DNA of 39,856 nucleotides, from positions 1 through 39,856 of IMG/VR virus record IMGVR_UViG_3300045988_044783; one strand, 5' to 3'. The stretch's first letter is position 1. Each line of letters begins with the position of its first letter. Position numbers and translations under genes: made by a program. This stretch comes from a virus. A model generated the notes under the pieces. It had not been told where the DNA came from. It did no database searches and worked only from the letters and a program-made list of their open reading frames with translations. This document shows positions 26,489 through 34,230 of the stretch, one piece after another.

Positions 26489-26496
26489 CAAATGTA
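26489..26496 (-). promoter_or_regulatory. -7 box TACATTTG upstream of the 211-aa gene
   Basis: caaatgta on the plus strand, 39 nt upstream of the ATG at 26450. No clean -33. Confidence 0.35.
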
Positions 26497-26535
26497 CCTA
26501 TATTATTTTGAAACATAGATACAATTTGCTTTCTA

Positions 26536-28050
26536 TTAATTTATACGCTTGATACCCCTCCTTTTCGGTTCGATAGCGGGCATAACTTCTTTCTCTACGA
26601 TACCAGTTAATGTATCCGGCGCATCATCATGCGCGTTCGCTTTAAAGTCCCTCAGATAGCCCGCAACATCCTCGTAGAAACGTGGAAATTTAGATTCCCA
26701 ACCGAACGGCATAACAATAGATTGCGTAACATTTGCAGCATGCGTTAATATCCTCGCCTCTTTGTTATTGTGCTGAGAGAACCATCGTATCGAGGTTTTA
26801 GTTTTTGGTGATATGTTAACAGCGAAAGAACGCCCACCGTTATTGCTCTCAATATTAGCATACTCAGTTTCGTTTCTGTTTAACATTTCCGGTACAGTAA
26901 CTTGTGTAACCTCGATCGGATCAGTGGTGTATATTACGTCGGTGACAAGGCAGAATATTAAATGCTTGTATGCCTTTTCTTTCTCGCTCCAAACTGGCTG
27001 TTTTGAACGGTATTTATCATAGCATATACTACAAAGATTATCCGTTCCTGTATCTGCACAATCGGTATAGTTACCACGACCGAGAAAGACACCGAAATCT
27101 GACTTATTAGACCACGTTTTAAATTTGCCGTATAACTGTCCTTCTGCGCTTCCCGGATTCCCTTGATTCAAGCACTCAAATTCCACCTTGTCAAGCTCAC
27201 GCTCAGCAAGAAGTTTCTTTGCGCTATGTTTCTCTTCCCACAACGCCTCACCTTCATGCCGTGGGTCTATTTCTGTCGGCTCACCCACCTTCAATGCAGG
27301 AAAGTTTATCTTTACCCATGCGCCATCCGGTATATTATCAAGGTCAGACCATTTTGTTACCGTGATAACTTTCTCTTTCTTTTCTATACGACCTATCAAG
27401 TCGTCTTTATGCCATCGTGTAAATACGATAAGTTCCTGACCGTTATTGTCGAGTCGTTTGCGGATAACTGTTGTGTACCACTTCCAAGCAGCTTCCCGTA
27501 TGATAGGAGAATTTGCCTCCAAGTGATCCTTATACACGTCGTCAAGAATAGCAACGTTTACAGATTTACCCGTCAAACCTCCCGAACGTCCGACAGCCGT
27601 AACCGACCCTTTTCTACCTATTACCTCAGTCATTTTGCTATTACGGGTATATGCTTCATAACGTGACGTTTTCTCCGCTCCCATAATACGAGTACAGGGG
27701 AACAAACTAATATACTCCGGTGTGTCTAAAATGCGCTGTACGTCCTTATTAAAGCCCTCAGCAAGCGTTGCAGCATAAGAGCCTATCGCTATCTTTGCGT
27801 CCGGACGTAGACCTAAAATAAAAGCAGGTAGTTTACGGCTACTACCTTCACTCTTTCCATGCTGAGGCGGGCAGGAAACTATCAGTTTCTTTATCTTTCC
27901 ATGCGCAAACCTATCAAGAATTTCGTAGTATGCTTTATGAAACTGACTCAATTTTATATCATCATCAATATACTTAACGAAGTTCTTAAACTTGTTTCTC
28001 GCAACCGCTTTCACAATTTCCTCCGGTGGTATATTATTTATCTTCATCAT
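26536..28050 (-). CDS. terL: Terminase large subunit (about 504 aa; start uncertain, 28047-28104)
   Basis: Walker A-like CPPQHGKS, Walker B VAILDDVY and nuclease-domain AHDDAPDTLTG. The ATGATG at 28050/28047 is preceded by GGAGGTG and overlaps the TerS stop. Confidence 0.88.
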   Translation of the reverse strand: MMKINNIPPEEIVKAVARNKFKNFVKYIDDDIKLSQFHKAYYEILDRFAHGKIKKLIVSCPPQHGKSEGSSRKLPAFILGLRPDAKIAIGSYAATLAEGFNKDVQRILDTPEYISLFPCTRIMGAEKTSRYEAYTRNSKMTEVIGRKGSVTAVGRSGGLTGKSVNVAILDDVYKDHLEANSPIIREAAWKWYTTVIRKRLDNNGQELIVFTRWHKDDLIGRIEKKEKVITVTKWSDLDNIPDGAWVKINFPALKVGEPTEIDPRHEGEALWEEKHSAKKLLAERELDKVEFECLNQGNPGSAEGQLYGKFKTWSNKSDFGVFLGRGNYTDCADTGTDNLCSICYDKYRSKQPVWSEKEKAYKHLIFCLVTDVIYTTDPIEVTQVTVPEMLNRNETEYANIESNNGGRSFAVNISPKTKTSIRWFSQHNNKEARILTHAANVTQSIVMPFGWESKFPRFYEDVAGYLRDFKANAHDDAPDTLTGIVEKEVMPAIEPKRRGIKRIN

Positions 28051-28627
28051 CACCTCCATTCTGCAAAGCGTCTGCCATCTTTTCGAGGACATCTGCCGGG
28101 ACACTGGATAGATCGTATTTAGGCTTCTCTTTTTCTTTCTCCCCGACTATGGAAACAACCAACGGGCTATCATACCCCAATAGGCGTGCTTTCCTTTGCT
28201 GTACGTTAAGAATGACATTCAAGAACGAAGGGTCCCCCGTTGTGGTTTCCTTTTGCACCTCGACAGCAGTTTTAAACCTGTATTTCGTTTTGCATTTAGG
28301 ACGCTTAGAGCGTTCCCATTCCTCCCACGCCTCCCTCGCTACATTGTCGAGTGCTTGAATTTCCTGTGTAACATACTGGTCTATGTTAGTGAATTGTTCC
28401 CGTTTCCACTCAGCCAAACATTTCTGAATGTCGTTATACACAGACTGATAAGATATTTGTATATCTATTCCCATCTCTTTGTAGCGTTCATTGATCTTAT
28501 CTCTGATTCTGCGATAAGAATACCCCTTTAGAAAAAATTCAGATTCAAGTGCTTTGTCAGCCTCCCATTGTTCATCGGTTCTCTTTATTTTTCCTTGTGA
28601 TTTAACCATACTACCTACTTTAACCAT
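28034..28627 (-). CDS. terS: Terminase small subunit (197 aa)
   Basis: Immediately upstream of TerL. GDPSFLNVILNVQQRKARLLGYD resembles the conserved small-terminase segment. First gene after a promoter. Confidence 0.65.
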   Translation of the reverse strand: MVKVGSMVKSQGKIKRTDEQWEADKALESEFFLKGYSYRRIRDKINERYKEMGIDIQISYQSVYNDIQKCLAEWKREQFTNIDQYVTQEIQALDNVAREAWEEWERSKRPKCKTKYRFKTAVEVQKETTTGDPSFLNVILNVQQRKARLLGYDSPLVVSIVGEKEKEKPKYDLSSVPADVLEKMADALQNGGDDEDK

Positions 28628-28692
28628 ATTATTAAGAATTATATTTAAACAAAAATAGATTCACTTTGCTAAAAATGAATCGTTTATCTATG

Positions 28693-28722
28693 CAAATATA
28701 GGTGTATTAAATTGAATGCAAA
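28693..28722 (-). promoter_or_regulatory. Bacteroidota-type promoter TTTG-N18-TATATTTG for the packaging/head operon
   Basis: caaatata at 28693-28700 and caaa at 28719-28722 on the plus strand. Confidence 0.65.
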
Positions 28723-28757
28723 AAGAAAACCACGCTGTAACACTTACAACGTGGTTT
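28719..28757 (-). terminator. Intrinsic terminator after the methyltransferase gene
   Basis: Minus strand: AAACCACG-(15-nt loop)-CGTGGTTT-TCTTTTTG. The U-run overlaps the next -33 box. Confidence 0.7.
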
Positions 28758-28791
28758 CATTCAGGTTTAAACTTTTTGAGTATATTGAGGT

Positions 28792-29628
28792 TTATTTACC
28801 CAGTGATTTTATAATTTCCTTCTCTCTTTCTGACAGTTCCCAAATTATAATATTATCCTTCTCTGCCGCCGCCCTCTCTGCCGCCGCCCTCTCTGCCGCC
28901 GCCCTCTCTGAAAGAAGGAATCCTCCACCGAATATACCTTTCTTATGTGGCTTTTGGCTATCAAGTCCCCTAACGTGGTAGAGATCCTCTTTCTTAAATT
29001 GCATTGAAACACCACGTTCTACGCACCATTGCATGGATGAAACAGTTAGAACGCTGTTTGGATACTTATACCTTGGAAGATTCACCTTTTTCAATTCGTT
29101 TATTCTTTCGAGCTCTCTGTAAAGAAACGGATCAGACATTACCATAACATCATCGAATAAATTGGATATGAACGATGTTTTTACATTCGCTCCATTTTCA
29201 TAGATGATTGATGCTCCAACTACTATTCGGCAACATTCGACCCTTTGGGAGAATAACGTCAGGTGTGGAGAGAATAGAAAGAATTTAATATCTTTTTCTA
29301 TATAAAACCTTGCTATCTGTGAAATAATAGAGAAAGGAGGATTGTCGACAACGATACATCCATCCGGGTATTCACAATTTTCATAATCACCACCCGGATA
29401 GAATGGACGTACTATTTCCGCTCCTCTTATATTACATTTTTCTGAAACGTATCTCAAAATGCAATTATAAACCTCAGGCGGAGTGTAGCAATCATCTGTA
29501 GTTTTCTTTGTTTTAAATTTATCCACAAAGTTTTTGTAGTCATCAAAAAGCGTCTTTTCTTTTTCTTTGCTTAATGATGGTTTTATGAAAGCTACCTTAT
29601 TCCCAAATATATCTACCGATTCATTCAT
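28792..29628 (-). CDS. Putative N6-adenine DNA methyltransferase (278 aa) with a C-terminal (ERAAA)x3 repeat
   Basis: CYTPPEVYNCIL (the xTPxxV motif of gamma-class adenine MTases) followed by VDNPPFS (NPPF catalytic motif). No adjacent restriction gene. Confidence 0.6.
   Translation of the reverse strand: MNESVDIFGNKVAFIKPSLSKEKEKTLFDDYKNFVDKFKTKKTTDDCYTPPEVYNCILRYVSEKCNIRGAEIVRPFYPGGDYENCEYPDGCIVVDNPPFSIISQIARFYIEKDIKFFLFSPHLTLFSQRVECCRIVVGASIIYENGANVKTSFISNLFDDVMVMSDPFLYRELERINELKKVNLPRYKYPNSVLTVSSMQWCVERGVSMQFKKEDLYHVRGLDSQKPHKKGIFGGGFLLSERAAAERAAAERAAAEKDNIIIWELSEREKEIIKSLGK
28861..28910. repeat. Perfect 15-bp tandem repeat, 3.3 copies (ctctgccgccgccct), in frame within the methyltransferase gene
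   Basis: Read directly. Encodes ERAAAERAAAERAAAE. It is a GC-rich island in an AT-rich genome. Confidence 0.95.
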
Positions 29629-29665
29629 TTTTAATCACGTATTGAATTAATTTACATTTTATTTA

Positions 29666-30319
29666 TTATTGTTTAGGCTCAAACAGTTTTTCAAATTCAC
29701 TCTTGCTATAAACTTGATAATACCCATCCTCTGAGAGGCAAATGTAATATCCATATTTAACATAAAACTCCTTTCCGTTTTGGCTGGTAACATATGCTCC
29801 CTTTCCCATTTCGTAAGCATTAAGCACAAGCCCCATGTCCCGCAAATCGTCAAGTGAAATGTTAGTTCTATCTATACAAACGGCTTGAACTTCGCTTAGT
29901 TTACGAACGTAAATATTCCTATTAATATTCCTATTAGAATCAGAGTTAATATCTATCCCCTTATCGGTATATATCACCGTAGTTTCAGTTTCTTTGCTTT
30001 CCGCCTCCCTTTTCGCTTGACTGAGCAATTTATCATATTGCTCTTTTGTGTACAATTGTCCGCCTAACATATACATGTTGTATTCGTCTTTCAAAATCAA
30101 TTGTAGAGTATGAATAGCTTTCGCAATATCTCTTTCTTTGTTTTTTCGTCTGTGACGGAATGCATATTTTATCGCATATCCATCCATTGTATTTACGTTA
30201 TTCTGATTAAGAAACTCATACAGGGGTATTTTATCACCTTTATAATGATTTCCATCTATTTGTATCCCTTCGGGGTCAGCCGCTAAAATAGCGTTAATTT
30301 TGATTTGTTCTAAATTCAT
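29666..30319 (-). CDS. DUF3310-domain protein (217 aa from ATG at 30319)
   Basis: PLYEFLNQNNVNTMDGYAIKYAFRHRRKNKERDIAKAIHTLQLIL fits the DUF3310 signature. The track ORF begins at a TTG that overlaps the upstream gene, so the ATG at codon 33 is preferred. Confidence 0.6.
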   Translation of the reverse strand: MNLEQIKINAILAADPEGIQIDGNHYKGDKIPLYEFLNQNNVNTMDGYAIKYAFRHRRKNKERDIAKAIHTLQLILKDEYNMYMLGGQLYTKEQYDKLLSQAKREAESKETETTVIYTDKGIDINSDSNRNINRNIYVRKLSEVQAVCIDRTNISLDDLRDMGLVLNAYEMGKGAYVTSQNGKEFYVKYGYYICLSEDGYYQVYSKSEFEKLFEPKQ

Positions 30320-30338
30320 ATTTTTATCTATTTTGTTA

Positions 30339-30926
30339 TTAGTATTTCTTCCCATGCTTGTAGCCTCTTGTTTCATTGTACAGCATTTTTGCCGCAATTG
30401 CTTTCCATAAATCAATGTTATGTATGATAGCTATTGCTGCACATATCTCCATTATAGTAGTAAAGTAATTGCAGCATATTTTTTCATTACTTGTTACCCA
30501 ATATGCGAGATTATATACGTAATAAGCGAATGTATTCGGAGTTTTATTTAGAATTTTCACCCGTTCATCAATACAGTGTTTAAATAGTACTATATCGTTA
30601 TTGTCCTCGTTATATTTACCAATAGCGTCCAAACACCGGATAAATACATCTGCAAGTTCATCGCTAACAGTATCTTTTATACTTTCCTTAAACGCTGATA
30701 CAAATTCATCCTCATCTTGTCGCATCAGAACGAAATCATACATTTGATTTGAGGCTAATCTTCCTTTTCTATCCGCCTCCATCGCCTCGCACATCTCCGA
30801 AATGATAAGCCCGAATATTTCCGGCAAAGAAACATCTTTGTCATAGAAACCTTTTGCTTTCATTCTTTCATGATGTTCCTTACACTCTTTTGTTAAGCTG
30901 ATAACGCTTTTGCTAAAATCAATCAT
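30339..30926 (-). CDS. MazG-like nucleoside triphosphate pyrophosphohydrolase (195 aa)
   Basis: LIISEMCEAMEA, DELADVFIRCLD and the C-terminal KMLYNETRGYKHGKKY resemble the E-x2-E / E-x2-D metal-binding helices and tail of phage MazG-family proteins. Confidence 0.6.
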   Translation of the reverse strand: MIDFSKSVISLTKECKEHHERMKAKGFYDKDVSLPEIFGLIISEMCEAMEADRKGRLASNQMYDFVLMRQDEDEFVSAFKESIKDTVSDELADVFIRCLDAIGKYNEDNNDIVLFKHCIDERVKILNKTPNTFAYYVYNLAYWVTSNEKICCNYFTTIMEICAAIAIIHNIDLWKAIAAKMLYNETRGYKHGKKY

Positions 30927-30929
30927 ATC

Positions 30930-31631
30930 TTATTTGTTTAAAGTTAATGTTTTGCGTATAAAATCTAATCCCTTTTGAAATACCACAGTTTTTATATTAA
31001 TGCAGTTAGTCCCATCACTTTTTGTATATTGAGTCTCAACTGTTCTAAAATATCCCAGATCTATATACTTTTGATAAGGCATGTTTTTACGATCAAGAAC
31101 ACGTTTATCTCTTAATACTTCAAATATTTTATTCCGACCTATTCCCATATTCAACACAGTAGCAACCGTTCGCATATCAATAGTGTCCTCGCTACCTGTA
31201 ACAGCATTATAAAACTCAACCTTTGGAGTCTGCTCTAACAGCAATTTATTTTTCTCCTCTATCTCCTCCGCTTGTTTAGCTGCTAACATTAAAGCCTCGC
31301 TAAATGTAGACGGAATAACGAAGTTGCCGAAACGCTTCTCCTTTTCAAGCTCTTCCCATCTGTTAATTATCTTTTCACGCAATAAAGCATCATATCCGGA
31401 AGCGAGAATTAAACAACCTTTCTTTGTAAGATTGTAACATGGTCTTGGCTTTCCTTGATTATCCGAATATTCCGCCAATTCAAAATTGATTTGGCTAACG
31501 CCTTGTTCTAACAAGTTACGTATGTCACGCATTACATTAGAATGCTGTTTGCTCGTGAGTACCGCAATCTCAGTTGAACACATAGTTTCTTTTGCGTTTA
31601 TAGTTTCGCCAACTTTAATCAAATTATTCAT
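30930..31631 (-). CDS. Rha/KilAC antirepressor-like protein, paralog 2 (233 aa)
   Basis: N-terminus MNNLIKVGETINAKE... with a 32-nt DNA identity to the wrap-around paralog. C-terminal PSTFSEALMLAAKQ...PKVEFYNAV... matches the KilAC pattern. Confidence 0.8.
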   Translation of the reverse strand: MNNLIKVGETINAKETMCSTEIAVLTSKQHSNVMRDIRNLLEQGVSQINFELAEYSDNQGKPRPCYNLTKKGCLILASGYDALLREKIINRWEELEKEKRFGNFVIPSTFSEALMLAAKQAEEIEEKNKLLLEQTPKVEFYNAVTGSEDTIDMRTVATVLNMGIGRNKIFEVLRDKRVLDRKNMPYQKYIDLGYFRTVETQYTKSDGTNCINIKTVVFQKGLDFIRKTLTLNK

Positions 31632-31643
31632 ATTTTTCTATTT

Positions 31644-31916
31644 TTAAAATGGTAATTCACTATATTTTTCACACCCCTCGCAGCAATAATCTTTTTGCTT
31701 TCCGGTCAACGAGCATTTATACTTTCCGGCTCTTTTCTTAGCAGGAAGATACACACAGTTTCCGCAATATCGAATATTTCCTAAATTTGATTTGCTTTCA
31801 AATTCCAACATTTCCTTAAGACATGCGGCATGTCTTTTCTTTGCTACTTGCATGTCCTTGTATGCTTCTTCTTCTTGTAGAATAAGAACTTCTAATTGAT
31901 TCAATTTACTTTCCAT
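31644..31916 (-). CDS. Small Cys-rich protein (90 aa from ATG at 31916)
   Basis: C-terminal CGNCVY...C...CCEGCEKY. The track ORF start at 32000 overlaps the upstream gene by 95 nt, so the internal ATG is preferred. Confidence 0.55.
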   Translation of the reverse strand: MESKLNQLEVLILQEEEAYKDMQVAKKRHAACLKEMLEFESKSNLGNIRYCGNCVYLPAKKRAGKYKCSLTGKQKDYCCEGCEKYSELPF

Positions 31917-32184
31917 GATAAAACTCCCTTTGTACTTTTTCAAACCTACTAAACGCCTCCATTTCACTCTCAGAAAACACAAGTTCACCCAAACCTGCAC
32001 AGTATAAATCAGCTTTCAATATAATTTTATCAAGTTCTAAAAGAGAATCGAAGGTTTTATCCCTATCCTTTCTAATTTTTCTTTTTCCACTCAAAATATT
32101 GGTAAACTGTCTTTGTTCCTTTAAGCTAAATTTAACCGTAACAAAACGACTTTTAAGTCGATTAATCTTTCTTGATTTCTTCAT
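31906..32184 (-). CDS. Hypothetical basic protein (92 aa)
   Basis: Track ORF in the operon. Confidence 0.55.
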   Translation of the reverse strand: MKKSRKINRLKSRFVTVKFSLKEQRQFTNILSGKRKIRKDRDKTFDSLLELDKIILKADLYCAGLGELVFSESEMEAFSRFEKVQREFYHGK

Positions 32185-32545
32185 TTGAATTTATGTCTTT
32201 TAAGTTGGTTATCCATTTATTTGCCGGATAGGGAATACCCTCTTTTTTCATAATTGACTTTACCTTATCCCAGTCAGCAAGCGAAGGATCAAACTCTTTC
32301 ATTCTTTCGAGAACTCTTTTTATTAGCTGTGTATCAGTTTCACCGTCCATTCGCTTGTATGTTGCTACTCTGAATCCCGAACTCGCCTCACTAATAGCAA
32401 GTTTATCGCCCTCCCAGTGCGTGAAGTATTGATAAGCCCCAATTTGATACATTGTCCCTTTAACTGGTTCTATATATGTATTTCTACCTTTGCCGATAAT
32501 TTGAACACTTTTATTATAAAGCCCGAACATACCTTTCTTTGCCAT
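32162..32545 (-). CDS. Hypothetical protein (127 aa)
   Basis: Track ORF preceded by a copy of the leader motif (32564-32578). Confidence 0.7.
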   Translation of the reverse strand: MAKKGMFGLYNKSVQIIGKGRNTYIEPVKGTMYQIGAYQYFTHWEGDKLAISEASSGFRVATYKRMDGETDTQLIKRVLERMKEFDPSLADWDKVKSIMKKEGIPYPANKWITNLKDINSNEEIKKD

Positions 32546-32576
32546 AATCTTTAATTTTTAATTGTTAGTACTACTT

Positions 32577-32738
32577 TTAAGCCTCTTTGTAACCTCTACT
32601 ATTTAGCCAGGATATAGCTCCTTTTAGAGTCTTGAAAAACTTGCTACTTTCCACTGCTGTACATGCACTGTATCTTTTCTCTCCATGAATAAAAAGTGCT
32701 CCTTCGTTTTCGCCTCTTTTGAATGAAATAATTTCCAT
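32577..32738 (-). CDS. Small protein not in the ORF track (53 aa): MEIISFKRGENEGALFIHGEKRYSACTAVESSKFFKTLKGAISWLNSRGYKEA
   Basis: Hand translation. The ATG sits at the same place relative to the conserved leader as in cassettes 1 and 2. The 63-aa track ORF 32644..32835 runs through the promoter and is in another frame. Confidence 0.6.
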   Translation of the reverse strand: MEIISFKRGENEGALFIHGEKRYSACTAVESSKFFKTLKGAISWLNSRGYKEA

Positions 32739-32755
32739 AATCTTGTTTTTTAATT

Positions 32756-32844
32756 GTTACTACTTTGTTTCCTTTTGACTCTACAAATATAAAGCAAAAC
32801 TTTAATATTCTAATTAGAAATTTAATCTTTAACACTTATTTAAC
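32756..32844 (-). promoter_or_regulatory. Early promoter cassette copy 3: 24-nt element (32821-32844), degenerate -33 (TTAG, 32810-32813), -7 TATATTTG (32784-32791), leader (32756-32768)
   Basis: Same geometry as copies 1 and 2. Confidence 0.6.
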
Positions 32845-32874
32845 ACAAAAGGGATACCCTGTTTAGAGTATCCC
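32843..32874 (-). terminator. Intrinsic terminator after ssb
   Basis: Minus strand: GGGATAC-tctaaacagg-GTATCCC-TTTTGTGTT. Confidence 0.75.
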
Positions 32875-32881
32875 CTCGTTT

Positions 32882-33337
32882 TTAGAATGGCAAATCATCT
32901 GCAAATTGCTGTTCTTTTAAGGCTTGTGATGGTGGCGGTGTCGGTTGTACTGGCGGCTGACCCCCACTCCCGGCAGATTCCGCCCGCTGACCGCTATTGC
33001 CTCCAGGCTTTGCTCCCATCTGCATGTTAGAAACGATAATTTCCGCAATAGTCTTTTCTACGTTATTCGAGTCTGTGTACTTCCGATAATGCAAAGTGCC
33101 CTCTACATATAACTCCATACCTTTAGTAACATACTGCTCGCATATACCTGCTAAACCTCCCTTGAATACCACGTTGTGAAAGTCAGTGCGTTCCGGCACT
33201 TCCACTCCGCTACTCGTTTTATATGCACGCTCGTTTGTAGCGATAGACACGTTGCAAATTTTACCTCCATTATCGAACGTTTTTACTTGCGGATCATTAC
33301 AGACCCGACCGATTAACTGAATTTTGTTTAAGTTCAT
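32882..33337 (-). CDS. ssb: Single-stranded DNA-binding protein (151 aa)
   Basis: OB-fold N-terminus (NKIQLIGRVCNDPQVKTF...TDFHNVVFKG...GMELYVEG), a Gly/Pro/Gln-rich linker and the acidic tip DDLPF. Confidence 0.92.
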   Translation of the reverse strand: MNLNKIQLIGRVCNDPQVKTFDNGGKICNVSIATNERAYKTSSGVEVPERTDFHNVVFKGGLAGICEQYVTKGMELYVEGTLHYRKYTDSNNVEKTIAEIIVSNMQMGAKPGGNSGQRAESAGSGGQPPVQPTPPPSQALKEQQFADDLPF

Positions 33338-33588
33338 TGTATTAATTTTAAAAAGATGAATACTAAGAATAGCACAAAGATAGCAATATCTATAAAACTG
33401 ACGCGTATCTCACCGTCTATTTTTTTAGATACTGTTTTTAAGTCCTCAACAACACGAATATAATCGAACTCACAATATCTGGAAAATATTTTTGTACTAT
33501 CTCCATCCCTCTGAGCAGATACAATATTATCCTTATTTATCAGAATATCGCTACCGTTTAACAATGTAAATTTTACCAATTTTCCCAT
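33334..33588 (-). CDS. Tail-anchored small membrane protein (84 aa)
   Basis: C-terminal TM segment IDIAIFVLFLVFIFLKLI. Confidence 0.6.
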   Translation of the reverse strand: MGKLVKFTLLNGSDILINKDNIVSAQRDGDSTKIFSRYCEFDYIRVVEDLKTVSKKIDGEIRVSFIDIAIFVLFLVFIFLKLIQ

Positions 33589-34229
33589 TTTGATTTAATT
33601 GATTCGTTACTAATAAATTCCCTAAATTCTTCAACGCTAACATAAATCATATTGTTAGATTTACACTCTCCTATATATTCTCTGAAAATAAAATCATACT
33701 CACATAAACCGTCATACGGGAAGCCGTCTAAACAATCATAAGCAATACAGACAATACCCTCAGATGAATATCCAACCACTTTCAAGCAATCACAAACAAA
33801 AAAATCATTCTCATAACTTTGAGTAACCTTTTGACCTTTAAAGAAAAGAGCAAATTTCTTGCTTCTTTTGAAATATTCTTTATCAAATTCAAAATCTAAA
33901 CTTTTAATAATGTCTATTTCTTCATTTGTTTCTCTCACATAATTTCTTATCTTTTTCAATATCAACCGTCTTGCAAACGGTGCTTTCCAACCTATTTTCT
34001 TTATTCGTTTTAACCACGTTCCACCGTTTGATATGTATTTGTAGTACATAATAAAATCGGGACAAAACTTAAATATAACCAAATAATACAGACTTATAAA
34101 AAGCGTCTTTATGTTACTAACTGGTTTTGAATAATACAAGCGGCACAGTAAAGCAAACACTTTATACAGAATAACAATAGTTCCCAATACAGCCGCAAAA
34201 ACTAAATAAATACATGATAACTTTTCCAT
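33573..34229 (-). CDS. Membrane protein (218 aa) with two N-terminal TM segments and a Cys-rich C-terminal domain
   Basis: Track ORF. Hydrophobic N-terminus CIYLVFAAVLGTIVILYKVFALL. Confidence 0.6.
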   Translation of the reverse strand: MEKLSCIYLVFAAVLGTIVILYKVFALLCRLYYSKPVSNIKTLFISLYYLVIFKFCPDFIMYYKYISNGGTWLKRIKKIGWKAPFARRLILKKIRNYVRETNEEIDIIKSLDFEFDKEYFKRSKKFALFFKGQKVTQSYENDFFVCDCLKVVGYSSEGIVCIAYDCLDGFPYDGLCEYDFIFREYIGECKSNNMIYVSVEEFREFISNESIKSKWENW

Positions 34230-34230
34230 A

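Noticed and set aside
28861-28910. Possible CRISPR-like array. The 15-bp tandem repeat here and the iterons at 38929-39015 were both considered.
   Set aside because: The repeat units are too short or contiguous, with no unique spacers of 25-40 bp. Both sets are in frame inside coding sequences, and there are no cas genes.
32644-32835. The 63-aa minus-strand track ORF spanning early promoter cassette 3.
   Set aside because: It begins upstream of the -7 box (32784-32791) and reads through promoter and leader. The 53-aa frame starting at the conserved ATTATG (32738) fits the paralogous cassettes.
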